Position numbers and translations under genes: made by a program
Shown: piece by piece, positions 25,986 through 40,100 of the stretch
Layout of the letters: every line of letters begins with the position of its first letter
Numbering within the stretch: the stretch's first letter is position 1
Assembly: GCA_023231475.1 (NCBI GenBank)
Contig: JALJEE010001125.1
Coordinates: forward strand, 1-55,112
Direction: 5' to 3'
Length of the DNA stretch: 55,112 nt
Source of the DNA: Seison nebaliae
Lineage: Eukaryota
Notes under the pieces: generated by a model
What the model was told of the DNA's origin: nothing
The model's input: only the letters and a program-made list of their open reading frames with translations
The model's database searches: none

Positions 25986-28900
25986 GTTGATTCGAATAAG
26001 TTTGTGATTAATAATATATAGGAGGGGGATATTGTATTACTTCCAATATCGTGTACCTTTCTCCCTTCTCTATCTTCTCCTACTTCTGTCTTTCCCACAA
26101 ACCAAATTTATTTATTTGTATATGTGTTTCTACAGATACTCGTCTTTCTTTCCCAATTGCCAATTAGAGACGATTCTCTATATGTCTTTACTAATCACAC
26201 ACAAATAATGTCTTCGGTAAATTCTTGTGCAAGAACAATGATATGTGTTTCTCTCACTGCCCCGTCCTAATTAGAACACGGAAACTTCTTCTTCTTCTTT
26301 CAGTTTACAAGATTCTGATCTTCTTCTGGGATTTGTTGTGTGGCGATTTAATCGTACAATACTTATATACACCGACGACACATGTATATCCGAAAGCACA
26401 CTAACGATCTCCCATATCTGAACGAAACGAAGAAAGACTACAGGTCAACCATATCACTCTCAATCAGTTAAATATGGGAAAATATTCCTAAAATTTACTA
26501 CAATCCACAAAGTGAATTTCACATATGACTCACAACTTCTTCGTTAGTTTATTTTGAATTAATTTCAAAATTCTCAAGAAAAATACTTTTGAAAATTTTG
26601 AGGACGATGAGAGATGCCCATCGAATTCCGATCGACGCTGATGATACATAAACCGTTCATAATTATTTATTAATTAATTCTCTTCAAATAATTTGGGAAT
26701 GTGAAATGAGATAGTTCCGAAAGTGAAAGATAAGTGAACGATGGACGATGTGTTATATAAATAAAAAAGAAGAGTTATTCAAAAAGAAAATAAGAGAATA
26801 TCTTATCTCATTTATCTAAATAAATTTTTAATAATTTCCCTTCATATACTACTGAGAAATGATGATAACATAACGATTAGTTCGATAAATAGATTCTTTA
26901 TTCCATATCTGTATATTCATGTAATTCTTATCATCACGAATCAACATCAATAATTGTAGTCAGTCATATAATAATATTTCTCTATAAATGAGCATAACAG
27001 AGAATTGCATAAAAACAAAATCTCAAAGTTAATTCCTTTAGTCGACTGGAATGGGCAAAGATCTCAATGGAGAGAGCAATTCCTCCCAATTAATCAATCA
27101 TCACACCCATCAGAAATTTTCTATAAAAACTCACTAACTAGTTGGCACAATAGTTAACGATTACATAACATTATTTGGGGAGGAATGAAGGACCAAATCC
27201 AGTCCATAATTAATCAGATCATTTATCCAAAATTATTCATTTCTTTTCCATACCCAATTACCATATCTTCCTGTCGGAGAATTTCCATTAAGAAGAATTC
27301 AAAATGAGAATCGTCAACTCACCACACACACATATACACACACACACACACACATTTCACTCACATTCATGCCTATCCGATTAAATTGTACGCCCACCAA
27401 AAATCAAAAATTTCCCCATCTCTCCACTACGACGATATTATCTCGATTTGTGGACAAATATTATGTACAAGTAAAATAGATCGCGTAAAATCGAGTATAG
27501 TCACAGATATCACTAACAGATACTCATTACATAAGAGTAGTACGTCGATCAATATTTGCTCACTTTCATCACTACACCTTTACACGAATTATTGGACTAA
27601 ACAAAAAAATTATTCAACTAATTCTCTCCGTCATTTTCAGTCGATAGCCACAAGAAAAGTGAATGCAGTCCTTCATTCTCTACGCACTACACGACAAATA
27701 CATGTTTACTCATGTATGAAATGATCAGAAGTTCAACTTCTCATTTAGTGTCACATATCGGAAATATCAATTCATATCCACCTCTTTATCCTATCCATTC
27801 AAAGTGAGAGTAGTCGTAAATTCTTGGAAATGAACCATTATTTCTTATCAATTAACTTCATTACGATTTGTTAATTCGATTAAGTTTAACCTTCTATACA
27901 TCCACATTACACGACGCTCATTAAACTTTAATTCAATTTCAAACAGAAACACTTTCCTAAATTATCTCAAATTCCTCATTCTCTTTAATCATTCCATACA
28001 AATTATCTAATTGGAAAGAAAAGATTTTACAACAAAATCGAAAACAATTTCAAAACTCAAAAAATTTTTAAAAAAATTTTCGAATTTAAAAAATTTCAAA
28101 AAATGCAAAAAAATTAAAATGACTGAATAAGACTGAAAAGTTTTTGGTGGATTTCCTTCATATTAGAAAATTTTATTTTTGATTTGACGGAATAATTGGT
28201 TTAACATTAATGAGAGGGAAAGGAAATAGAAGAAAAAGAGAACAATAAATTATTTATAGTTGGTAGAAGTTAAAAATGTGGAATTGACGACTGACCAAAA
28301 TAAGAATTTTGTGAAAGGAAATAAGTTAGTAAGTGTTTCGTCTTAATATGTGGACATATCATCTAATGGTCTAAAAATGGAATGATTGTTGTTAATATTC
28401 TCAAATCATAGTTACCGTATTACATCACGACAGCTAATGTAATTCCGTGAATGTTGTGTTTGCTTTTCAAAAAAGAAATATTCGAAATTTTCAATTCATT
28501 ATTTATTCAACTTTATGAAAATGAATAATATTCTCCTCTCCTACCAAATTACTTGTACACCACCACAACGACAATCAGACACTTTGACTCCCAATAATTT
28601 TCACAAAATGGACAATTTTATTACGGTGGAAATGATTAATTTAATCTCAAAATTTGAACTTTTCATCTCGAAAATTTATTGGCAGTTCTCCTTATCAACA
28701 AAGATCGGAAGAATGTGAGAGAATTTCATATTTAAATTTTTTGATAGAAATTTAAGATAATTTTGTAATTGATAAATTTACATGACATAATATTAGGTTA
28801 ATATACGATTAAAAGAAAATAATTTCTTTCACGAGATAAAATTACGAAGAAAATGAAATGTCTATTTCTATAGAAAATGAAATAAAATTGTTTAACGAAA

Positions 28901-30041
28901 TTTAAAAAAAAAGAGATTGTAGAAATGTCCTTTTTGAAAAGACTTAAAATGTCCTCTATTCGGACGCACTACAATTACTAATACCATATCATGTAAGCTA
29001 GCAACAAATATTCATTCCTCCAACCATCTCCCCATTTTACTATTAATTTCATCTCATAACTGTGAAATGAATTAATATTCTTCCCAGTAATAACAAATTA
29101 AATATTTTTCTCATATTCCTCCTCGTTAATGGGCGAGGAGGTCCTTCCCGCCAACAGGAAAGACGACAGCTAACATTATTCCAATATTTTCTTTATAAAT
29201 TAAACGAGACATGTGATCATCGAACGATGAATTATTTACGGAGAACATTCAATCGATATCTATTAAATTTGTTGATGAATTAAGATGATAAATTGTCATA
29301 TGAAATGGATGGAATTCGTTTATTTTTCTAACGAATTTTTCTCCGGAATGTAAATGTTGAGGAGAAGTTGATGGAATATATTTTAGAAAAATCAATTAGA
29401 CTTATTAGTAATCATTATACAATTCATTCAACATTTCATCATTCTTAACATAAATGAGAATTATCAAATGAAATTTCACTCCCTCACATATTGTTCTCTC
29501 CATTATTTGTTGCTCCGCATTATTTATCGTGTTCCTTATAGAGTATAGAATACATGTGAGTCTTCCTCTTTCATTACAGATCACATCACTCCCATTTCGT
29601 ATATAAAAACATTGGAACATCTGATCGGTGTTGTACGAGAAACATTATTTTATTTAACAATTCTCTGCATTTTTAATTGGGAGGAAAAAGGAAGGACAGA
29701 CGGAGTGATACATGTACAATTAACTGAATGGTTATTTCTTGAGATGTAACATTCATCAATCTATTGATAGTTTGTGATGGGAGAAGAAATAATTCATTAT
29801 TCACCCAATGAAGAGGAGGGAGAATAAACGAGAAGATGATCTTTTCATCGAAATCGTTGGAACATATCACAATATTTTTCTTCTTTTCCTCGTAATTCTA
29901 GGTCAATAAAAGCATTAGTAAACTATATTTGAGTTGCACGTCCCTTCAGTGAATCTTGAAAATTTTTTTTATATTTTTAAAATTCAAATTTTAAGCTTAA
30001 ATTTCAAATTAATTTTCATTCCTTAAAAACACACATGAAAC

Positions 30042-30279
30042 ATGCTTCCGATGTGGTTGAAGAACGCGCTTGTAGGTACTGTGGTCGTCTTGTCGCTGGT
30101 ATTAATTCTCTTCATATTTTATTTAATTTACACAATGGAAAGTTCTTTTATTTTTTTTTCGCACTATTTTTAATAAATTCTTTTAAATCTTCGGTTTAAT
30201 CTTCATTCGTAGCACCACCCATTGAAGTGAGTTAATTTGATAGATAATACACTCCTCCCCCCATCAGCGGTGGAAGTAA
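30042..30279 (+). CDS. Putative 41-aa membrane micropeptide (3 exons)
   Basis: MLPMWLKNALVGTVVVLSLVLILFIFYLIYTME-TPPIE-RWK* using introns 30142-30212 and 30227-30267. Confidence 0.3.
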
Positions 30280-31427
30280 CATCGTCGGAAAAAGGAAATC
30301 TGAATATTTTTCATTATTTTCTTCACAACTAGTCAGCTTACAAATTATTTGATTGGAGATTGACTGATTAATTGATTGATTCTGTTTTTTATTCACTCTT
30401 TTCCTATAATTTATTAGAGTATGAAAAACAATAAAATTTTATCATTTTCAAAAAAATTTTAAAGATTTTCCTCCTTTTTCACATATGAAAATTTCATGTT
30501 TTCCATCTGATATCTCGCTCCCATTTATTATTTTCTTCTTTATCTCAAATATAAAGAGAGATGAAAATTTGATGAATTAGTAGAGATGATTGAGAAAGGA
30601 ACGTGATTGATATTTCAATTATTTTCCTTCCCAACATGTAAATATCATTAAATTTCATATGGAGACATAATAATATTAATTAATTGATAAATAATATACT
30701 TTGACGAATTAAGAAGTAGCCTCTCAAAATCGTTAATGTTGAGAATTTATGTTTCATATGTAACATTTCACTTTTACGTCAATTCGTCATCGTGATACAT
30801 ATGGCCTCTTCTCTTTCACTAATTATTATTATTATTACTCTCACATGATACATCTCCATTACTTAAACTTATTAATTCTCTTGCAAAGAGAATTTTTTTC
30901 TTCGAAACAAATCTGGAAATGTTTAAAGAAATTTTGTTTTTCAAACACTTTCTCTTTCTCCACAGTCATTTCCTATTTCGCTCACAAGAAGTTGTCAACA
31001 ATCTCAATATTATTTCTTTTAATAAACCATTTTATGATTTCTATCTTATTTTATTTACGTCAATTTTTTGAATTCTTCAATTTCGATAATCTACTGATTC
31101 CTTATCATTTTTCATTTCTCGAAATTTTTATAATTTGAAAAATTTTCTTTTTAGACGAAAATATTAGTTAACAAATTATTATTTTACCTTTTGTTTCGCG
31201 TGTACGTGCATTTTGGAAGGACATTCTCAAATAACAATCACTGGCGTTTGAAATTAGAAATAGATGAAACTACAATTAATTTCATTCTGATTTCATTTCA
31301 TCATAATTTCATTTGTTCTCTATCATTTATTCGTCTTGTTGTGGATCGGTGATAGAAAGAATCAATCGCAACACACCTCCTCCTCCTCCTCCCACACAAA
31401 TCATGCGATGTTGACGGAAACTGGAGA

Positions 31428-32031
31428 ATGGGCACTCGACAAAGTTCTCAAACATCTTCAACGCATAACGCGCCACGAGATAATACTCAAGATTCCTTTC
31501 GTGCTAATCACATCGTTTCCTATGAGCAATGGAGACGCGTAGCAGGTTTCCATCATTTTCATCATCATTTTCATCATAATTTTCACCATAATTTTCACCA
31601 TCATTTTCATCATCATTTTCATCATCATTTTCATCATCATTTTCCTCATCATTTTCATCATCATTTCCCTTCAGAAGTCAAATGTCCCGTTTGCAGCAAG
31701 AAAGTGACATGCGAAGAATTCGAACTACATTTTACAATGTGTATAACGAAGCCGATGTTACAATATAATAGTTGGAATTATTTAAATTTCTTTTTACATT
31801 TCTCTCTTGTATTAGTTGATGAGGTGGACGATGAATCATTAAATGAATGTAGCATTTGTTTGGATACGATGAAAAAAGGAGACAAAATCGCCAGATTGCC
31901 ATGTCTCTGCGTTTTTCATAAATAGTTTAAATTTTTTTTTAAACAAAATTAATAATTCCACCAGTTGTGTCGATCAATGGTTCGAAGTGAGTCGAACATG
32001 TCCAAATCATCCGGAAGATGACGACGAATAA
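31428..32031 (+). CDS. ZNRF1/2: ZNRF1/2-like E3 ubiquitin ligase
   Basis: MG myristoylation-type start, zinc finger KCPVCSK...ELHFTMCITKP, and RING-H2 ECSICLDTMKKGDKIARLPCLCVFHKYCVDQWFEVSRTCPNHPED. Introns 31771-31815 and 31925-31964. Confidence 0.92.
31551..31668 (+). repeat. 12-bp tandem repeat (catcatcatttt)n, about 10 units
   Basis: Visible directly; reads (HHHF)n in the ZNRF frame. Confidence 0.95.
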
Positions 32032-32504
32032 GATTCTCCTCCAAAAAACAACAACCCGGTGAATTGTTGAATGAATGGATTTGTAATTGACAACGCAACT
32101 AAATCTCCCAAAATTTTATTTATTTTCATTTTCGTCAGAAAAATGATCTGCTCTTATTAAATTCACCTTTCCATCGTGTCGTGCAATAATATGGATGGAA
32201 TCAATTTACACAATCAAACAACAATTCGAGTTACATCTCCATTTTGTCAACATGTAGTGGAATATTTCTGAACTAATCAAATTTCTTTAATTTATTCGAA
32301 TATTTATTTTAATCTTTCTTTTTTATTTAACTTTTCGAAAAATGATTCCATTTAAGTGATAAAGTTTAATTTGTAATAAATTTTGAAAAACGGAAAGGAA
32401 TATAAGAATAAATTGAGAATAACAAAACTTGAAAAATAAATGCGGATAAATAGATATTGGCCTGTAAAGTAGTAAACTGTATTGGATCGAGTTTGAAGGA
32501 AACA

Positions 32505-32657
32505 AAAACATTTTTGAATAAACGAAAAAAAATTCTTTGGTTAAAACGAAGAAAATTTTTCGAATAAACAAAAAAACATCTTTGAATAAAACGAAGAAAA
32601 ATTTTGAGTAAACAAAAAAAATTCTTTGGATAAAACGAAGAAAGTTTTTTGAACAAA
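32505..32657. repeat. Degenerate approximately 21-bp minisatellite (ttttgaataaacgaagaaaa-like)
   Basis: About 7 diverged units between the convergent ZNRF and PEDS1 genes. Confidence 0.75.
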
Positions 32658-32862
32658 TGAAAATTGTTTCGATAAGATGGAAAAAGTTGATGTGATAATT
32701 AATAACGGCGCAATAAGGAATATGAGCAGGAAAATAAATTTGATTAGATCGATAATCTTCATAGAAATTTTTTAGAGAAATATTTGGAATTAAATTTCTA
32801 TAGTATTCCCATTAGGAAAGTTTCTCATTTTTTAAAAAATTTTAATTCGTCCGACAAATGAA

Positions 32863-33965
32863 TTATTGATCTTTCATATCAACCGTTTTCATAGTCGCCC
32901 ATTTCATGTCGTCAGTTCGCGGTTGAATATTCCAATAGTGAGCAATCAAATTTTCGAATGTTGTCCATACACCGAATTTTTCGAATGGATAATTCAGCCA
33001 GCCGGTGGTGATACAAAAATAGGTATCATGTGGCGAGACATGATGAAGACGATGATGTTGTTTCGGTAGAATGATGTGATAATCTTGTAGTAATGTGACA
33101 ATGAATGGTAAACCGAAATAAGTGTGACTCCACTTATGAATCTGAAGAAAACGGTTTTAAAACGGTTTTAAACAAATATACGTCTAACTTGATTCGTCAT
33201 GGCAACGAAGATAGATAATAAATATACGAAAATTAGAACGTCATAATAATACATGATGGTTGATATATCGGATCGATGGAGAACAGTTGCCAAGGTAAGA
33301 AGTGGTAGAAGAATCGCAGAAAAATTATTTCCGTTCGTTTCAATGAAATCGTGTCGGGTAATGGATGTTGGATCGATGTGATGTTCACGGAATGGACGTA
33401 ATAAAGCCTTAAAGATCATTTCAAATTATAAAATTTTCAAATAATTTTCTAACAGTTCCAAAAATGGCCATGTCAACAGAACCGTAAGAATCAGCCGCCC
33501 AATGTACAAGACCGCTGAGGAAATCGGCAGTAAATATTCCTAATACTAAAATAATTCCGATATTAAATTAATCGAATGAGAAAATAACATGCTGCTGGTA
33601 GGATGACATGTGAACGACGTTTATCGAAATATTTCATCATATAAAATCCGTCGACAAGAAAGAGAATGAGAACGAGACTAATACAAATAATCTCTTGACA
33701 CCGTTTAGCTGATTAGGAGAATAGAAGTAGGAGAAGAAGAGAATGATGAACTTCTGGTATATTTGGCGGCTAAAACTTTAGCACCTGCCGCATTAGGCCC
33801 CCATCGGTTCTCTTTATTTTTCGCCTTCTCCAACTTTTTCGCTTCCTCGTTCGCTAGTAAAGCGGCTTCATCCATTGAATTGATGAATTTTTTCGCTAAG
33901 ACCTTCTCATCTTCTTTCAAACAATCAACTTGTCGTTTGATTATTGTTAAGTTTTCGCAACTCAT
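32863..33965 (-). CDS. PEDS1: Plasmanylethanolamine desaturase (TMEM189/Kua)
   Basis: ADFLSGLVHWAADSYGSVD, RPFREHHIDPTSITRHDFIETNGNN, TNQIHKWSHTYFGLP, HHRLHHVSPHDTYFCITTGWLN and PRTDDMKWA. Four introns. Confidence 0.95.
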
Positions 33966-34738
33966 ACTCTCTTAATCTAACAGGTAGTTATCGTTACGAC
34001 CTCGAGACGATGACGTTTTTATAAGAATGGAAAATTGGAAAGAAATGGAATTCGATTTTCTTTATGCAATATCCTACTTCACTCTACTTTCTCGTTCTAC
34101 TTGAGGAATAAAGAAAAAGAAGTTGTAAATTGAAGGAAATAGTTGGGAAAGCACAATGTCAATTTGGTGAAAGCAGATTTTCTTTATTATCATCAATTCC
34201 CTCAGTTGGAGGAGAGGAGGAAGTGCTAATGAAAAGAATAATTGATAACAGATAGAAAGAGGAGAAATCGACATATTATTATTAGCAATTCATTTCAGTC
34301 GCATTCATTCTTAATCGTATGATAAAGAATGAAGGAAATTCCTCCACAAGAATAAGTAATTAGATATATATATAAATAAATTTTAGTCAAATTATTCCTC
34401 GCCGTCCTTCAATTTTATTTAATCAATATTTCTCCTCCTCCACCAACACTGCACTGTTGTTGTTAATTTTTCGAATAACTGCACATCCATAATTGATGAG
34501 GAAACGAAAATAAATAAATTTATTAATTTTTTTCTCACCATCCGAAAACCATCTGCTGTTTGGAGTTTCGTTCCATCATTCCATTTGTCATTACTTGTAA
34601 CTAACCGTTTTCCGCCCTAGTTACTCTTCTCGTTGTCATTAGCTACTATGACAACAAATATTAATTTTTTGAAAATTTATCAAATATATTTTTTTCGTCA
34701 AATAATTTCTTTCACAACCACATTAAACGGAAATTCTG

Positions 34739-35173
34739 ATGGATGAGAATTCGAAAGAGAATTGTTCCGATTTCACCAATTATCCTTTCAATTTCGATCT
34801 GACCGACAATTTAGAAGGTTGTACACCGAATAATAAGGAAATTCGAGTGACGGAAATTCGGAACGAAGAAATTAAAAAAGAAGAAATTCCTCCAAAACGA
34901 AAATTATCGAGACCACCAACCGCCACATCAACAATCTCCACTTACACGGCGTATTTGTCGAATGATCATTTGAAGCGACGAATTCGATCGGCCACATCGA
35001 ATCGATCGGGCAGATCTCAATCCCAAAAGATTTTACGAGAAAATTTGTTGATGAAGAAACGTCTCGAACGAATTCAACCGACCAAGACTTTGACCAAGAA
35101 ATTTCTTCACGATCAATACTCGAAATCGAGAACGTTACCTCCATTCAAATATAATTCTGTCGTTCGATATTGA
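34739..35173 (+). CDS. CFAP97/KIAA1430-domain-like small protein
   Basis: SATSNR...QKILRENLLMKKRLERIQPT resembles the CFAP97 motif (S+A.NR...+I..EN....KRLE.++PT). Confidence 0.5.
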   Translation: MDENSKENCSDFTNYPFNFDLTDNLEGCTPNNKEIRVTEIRNEEIKKEEIPPKRKLSRPPTATSTISTYTAYLSNDHLKRRIRSATSNRSGRSQSQKILRENLLMKKRLERIQPTKTLTKKFLHDQYSKSRTLPPFKYNSVVRY

Positions 35174-35411
35174 AAAAGGAATTCATTTAATTTAAACTTT
35201 TTTATTGGGCTCGTTTAATTGAATTAAAATGCGGATTAAATTATTTATATTGAAGGAGAAATGTTGGAAAATTTTCGGAGTTTTGAATAAAAAAATATTA
35301 ACTGATTTTCAAAAAAAGAGAATGAGAAAGAGAGAAAGATAGAGATAAATTATGGAAAATAAATATGGGACTTAGGTGGTCGTGTTTTGATTAATGAGAA
35401 TTGTTCGATTG

Positions 35412-36193
35412 TTAATCCATTTCTTGATAATTTTTCGCAGTTCGAATGTAGTAACATGTTAAGATCATTCCTAATAATAATAAGACGGCGAATCCGAATA
35501 TGACACCGCCAATAATCGCCATTGATGAATCGACTTTTGATACGATTTTCGAATAACAACCTTCATTGTAGACAGTGTAGTATTTCGTCACTGTACCTTG
35601 ATGTGTACATTCATCATCTGGAACATTGCAACAACTCTTTGGAACTTGTTTCTACAAATCGAAATAATTTGAAAAATTTAAGGAAAACAATTGAAAGTAA
35701 CAATGACACGAGCAAAATCGGTGGAGAACCAATCCTGAAAACTGTCAACTCCACAACATTTCACCACCGATTGTACATTGTCCACCGCCTTCATTTTTCG
35801 AGGATCGGCCGACGACGTATTGTAAGCAATCATTGATTCATTTAAACCGTTTCTAAATGATTCTTTCAATTGACCTTTGGAGAGGAAACCTGTCGCTCCC
35901 AAACCGATAATCATTCCGAATAAAATGAAGAGAATGACCGCGTAAATATTTAGGAGATTTGCTCGATTCTTTTTGATGCAACAATAGAAGAGACATCCAC
36001 ACAGAATTATGAAAGCACCACAGCCAATTAACGAATAACTGACTTTATTGGAGACATGATCGGCGACTTGAAAGAAAGTATTGAAATTCAATTTCGAATA
36101 AATTCCCAAAGTCAGAAGGACCAGTCCCAATATTAGAATTACCACATTGAAAATCGATAAAAGGATCTTGAATAAATTTAATTTGATTGCCAT
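35412..36193 (-). CDS. Tetraspanin (TSPAN7/6/3-like)
   Basis: Four TM segments, CCG, PKSCC and EGC motifs, and a C-terminal YQEM sorting motif. One intron near 35652-35707. Confidence 0.92.
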
Positions 36194-37142
36194 TCTAACA
36201 ATACGATCTATTCAAATGATTTCTACTTACAATTATAATTAATTAACAATTAGAACAATTATATATTTGGAATTAAAATTTAAATTTTTTGATTGGTAAA
36301 ATTAGCAGAATGTTGAAGTAGCTGAAAGGAAGAGAGAAGGTTATTGTTATTCGATTATGATGGCAAAAGAGAATAAGAGAATTGGAAAATAAATGAAATT
36401 AAATTTAAGGAACATAACATAAATTTAACGAAGCATAACAAAAATAATTTTAAAGTTATTTCTGTATAAATCCTTTTCGGTTCGAGGATATTTATCAATT
36501 TCTCATACTCAAATTATTACGTCAACATCGCCCACAAATGACCTTTCGTTGATGAATATTCATTTTCTTTCGCAATTTTCCTCTCTTAAGAAAAAAGATA
36601 AAGAAATAATATTTTTTACTTCTCACAACGAACATGCACATGAGCATATATTTATAGAAGGTAGTTAGAGATACTCTCATAAATTGTCTTTTCAAGGCGC
36701 AAACATGTGAAAAACTAGTTGTCATTGGGAAAACGAAGCGACATTTTGTGTGTCTCTTTCGCGGGAGGTCATGTACACATTAAATTCCAGAATGTGATAT
36801 GCGAATTTAAGGGAAGTTAATCCTGGGATGGTTGGATGGACGACTGACAATCTCTTTCCGGTTAATCGGCTAATAGAGAAAAATTAAAAAGAAAAAGCGA
36901 TTAGAGAATGTTTTTATGATAATTATCATTTTAAAATTATGAGCTGAAGTTAAATCTCATTTAATCTTCTTATAGTCTATTCGTCGTCCTTATGACTAAT
37001 GATTGATTGTTACGTAACGAATATTAATAAGTTCATTATAGTGACGTGTCGTAGAGAATGTATGATTTGTTTACATTTACGAAAAGGGAAGGAAGGGGAA
37101 AATGAGGAAACGGTTTGGGAAATATATATTTCTTATCAACAT

Positions 37143-40100
37143 TTATTTTTCTTTCGATGAGATCTTTCGATTTGAGGTACTCGATCCATCATTTTCATTA
37201 CTTCGACGACTTCGATGTTTATGATGTGATCGTTTAGGTTCTCTTTTCTTCTCCTTTTTCACGATATTCGATTGTTCCGTTTTGAGAGTGTTATCGTCTG
37301 ATTCGCCTAAGAGTTTGGTAGATTCGGTTTGATTTAAATTCATCATCTTTTCATCGTCCTTCCCATCCTCTTCCACTTCTTTATTCTGATTCGTATTAGC
37401 TACTACTATGCCGGTGGCATGGAGATTGGCAGCAACAGCTCTCGCCGTCATCAGATTATTTACAGGATTTAACGCTGGAATTGATCTTGAACGTTGAATG
37501 GCTGTTGGACGAAAATAAATTACATCATTTTGACGATGACATTATTCACTTGTCTAACCTTCATCGTTTGATGGACGTTTGTGCTTCTCCAATCGTTTGA
37601 TAGCGATCGCTTCTAATTTGATTCTAGCGGAAGGATATTCTTTTAAAACATCCCATAAATCACTTTTGTTCAGACAGAATAAATCCGAATATCCTACCGA
37701 TTTTACACTTGCCGTTCTTCGATTACCTGTTGAGAAGAGGATAATTTTTATGAAAAATAAAAATCATCTACCTGCACTGCCCATATTGAGAATGGAAATT
37801 TCACCGAAATATGAACCGGCTTTCAACGTAGCTAAAACCGTTCTGCCATTTTCCGCCATCACTTGCAATTTCCCTCGATTCACTATATACATCTCCTTCC
37901 CGACTTCTCCTTTTCGACAAATATAATCGCCGGGCGAGAAGAGTTGCGGTTTCAATTTCAATACCAGTTCATTAAGGAAACCAGCTTCTGTATTTTGAAA
38001 TATTTCCACTTTCTTTAATGTATCTATTAAAATTGGGAATAAATTGGAAATAAAATGAGGATAAATTAAGAATAAGTTTAAGATAAAATAAATTAAAATT
38101 GAACCTAAATGGACATGAATGGCAATTTCCGCCCTCAATTTGTAGGGGAGAAGTGAAAGAGTTTTCTCTTCGTCCGTCGACTTGTTCGATACCCACAAAT
38201 AATCGAACCATCTGATGACCCTCTCTTGTAAATGTTCGGGAACTCTTCTTAAACTCATATACGTCTTCACTCCATCCAATTTACCTGAATGAGAGAAATG
38301 AAATTTTAGTCCTTTATTAAACTGAACCTTGAAATTCTTTCTTAGCCGCCCCTAAATTTGTTACTATACTTGCTATATTGCCGAGGAGGAAAGCAAACAT
38401 GAAGATGGCGAAGACTAATTCGAATGAGAGAAATATGAATTCGGATTTGATGCGAGGACGTGGCAGATCGCCCACAAGAGCCAACGTGACAGTACTCCAA
38501 TAGAATGTTTGGAAGTATTGTCTCGTATTATCCTTATCTGTCACATCATAAGTGAATCGTCTAAAATGAAATAAGATGAAAATAAAATAAATAATAAATA
38601 AAATAGAACGTATGATCTTTGAAAAGTAGACCGGTTTGTTTGAGAACGATGTAGTAAATGCAGGTATTGTAATGCATCGCCACCAGAGTGTAATGTAACA
38701 TTACGATGAATCTTAGAGCGTTCGGATAGTTTGTATGTCTTTCCGTTTTATCAATGAACGACATAAATTTATAAATCTGAAAAATTTTTAAAATTAGGAC
38801 GGAGAAATTGAGAAATGGGAATAACTTTAACTAAACGAGGAAAACGAAGTAGTGAACAAAATCCTTTGGATAAATAAAGGAAATCGAGAGGTAGTAGACA
38901 TACCATGTCTAAATAAAAACCAGTTTGATTCAAATAATGATGTTTCAACTTACTCGCATCCGTCTGCAACACGCCATCTTCCAGATATGCTGTGATGGAA
39001 GAATCGTGAAAGAATCGGAAGAATAATTTAAAATAATGAAATTGAATTTGAATTTGAACCTGTTCGAAAATTGATGAAAATGTCACAGGCATAAAGGAAA
39101 TCGGCGAAATAATCGAGTATGAACCAAATGACGACAGTACTTTGATTAATTTCGGCGAAAGCGTATCGGAATATCATACACCAGAGATTGTAAACGAATG
39201 CCAATGACACGACGAAACTCCACCAATAAGTTAAACGTCCTGATGGATCGAAAATGAATGTACATCGACAAGGACACGAATAACAACATTCTTTCTTCTC
39301 CTCACCATCCGACATGATTTCCATTTCATTCTCGATCTGTTGGAGGAGTGTGGCAGCGGCGATGGATTTCGATCGAGTAGTTCCTCCTGATTGTTTTGTT
39401 TGAGCGTGTTTTCCACTCTCGTTTTTCAAATCATAATCATTTCGGACCTTCTCATTTTTTTTCGTATTCGTTTCCTGTTGTGATGGCTGTGACGGTTGTT
39501 GTTGTTGATTATGGGAGAGTGTGATCTGTTGATCAAATGCAGCCGTTTGAACGAGATTATCATTTTCGTTCTCCTTCTTACCATATTGATAATGATGGTG
39601 ATTATCGAGTTGATGATAAGCGAAATTTTTCGGAGTTTCCTTCAAATTTCCATTTCCTGACGAACGATGGAATGATGACGATCCATTATTGATTTGCATA
39701 CATAAATCCCCATCCCAATTATTTGATTGAATTGTTTGGAAGTTGGATGACGAATGAAATGATGTAACTGGAGTGGCTAACGACGACGAGGAAGTAGAGA
39801 ATGGAAATGACGAAACTGAATTTAAAGGCGACGATAATTTTGAAGTGGATTTCGATGATATAGTGGACGAAGGGAATTTGATGTTGGAAAAGATCTTGTT
39901 CGATTTCATAGTCTCGTCGACAACAGAACGAAGATCGTTGTTGATCGGAGGTGTTAGAATGGCATCGATGGAAATAGCACTATCAGTTTGACGGTTTTTT
40001 CTTCTTATCTCGCTCAATTTGAGTGAGGGCGAATCGTGAAATTTTATCAATGACTCGTCATGTGACAAAGAGGATGGATTGGGATAAATGTCGATATTAC

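Noticed and set aside
32323..32762. Overlapping Phe/Lys-rich ORFs, one with a signal-peptide-like start
   Set aside because: Explained by the T-rich strand of the 21-bp minisatellite.
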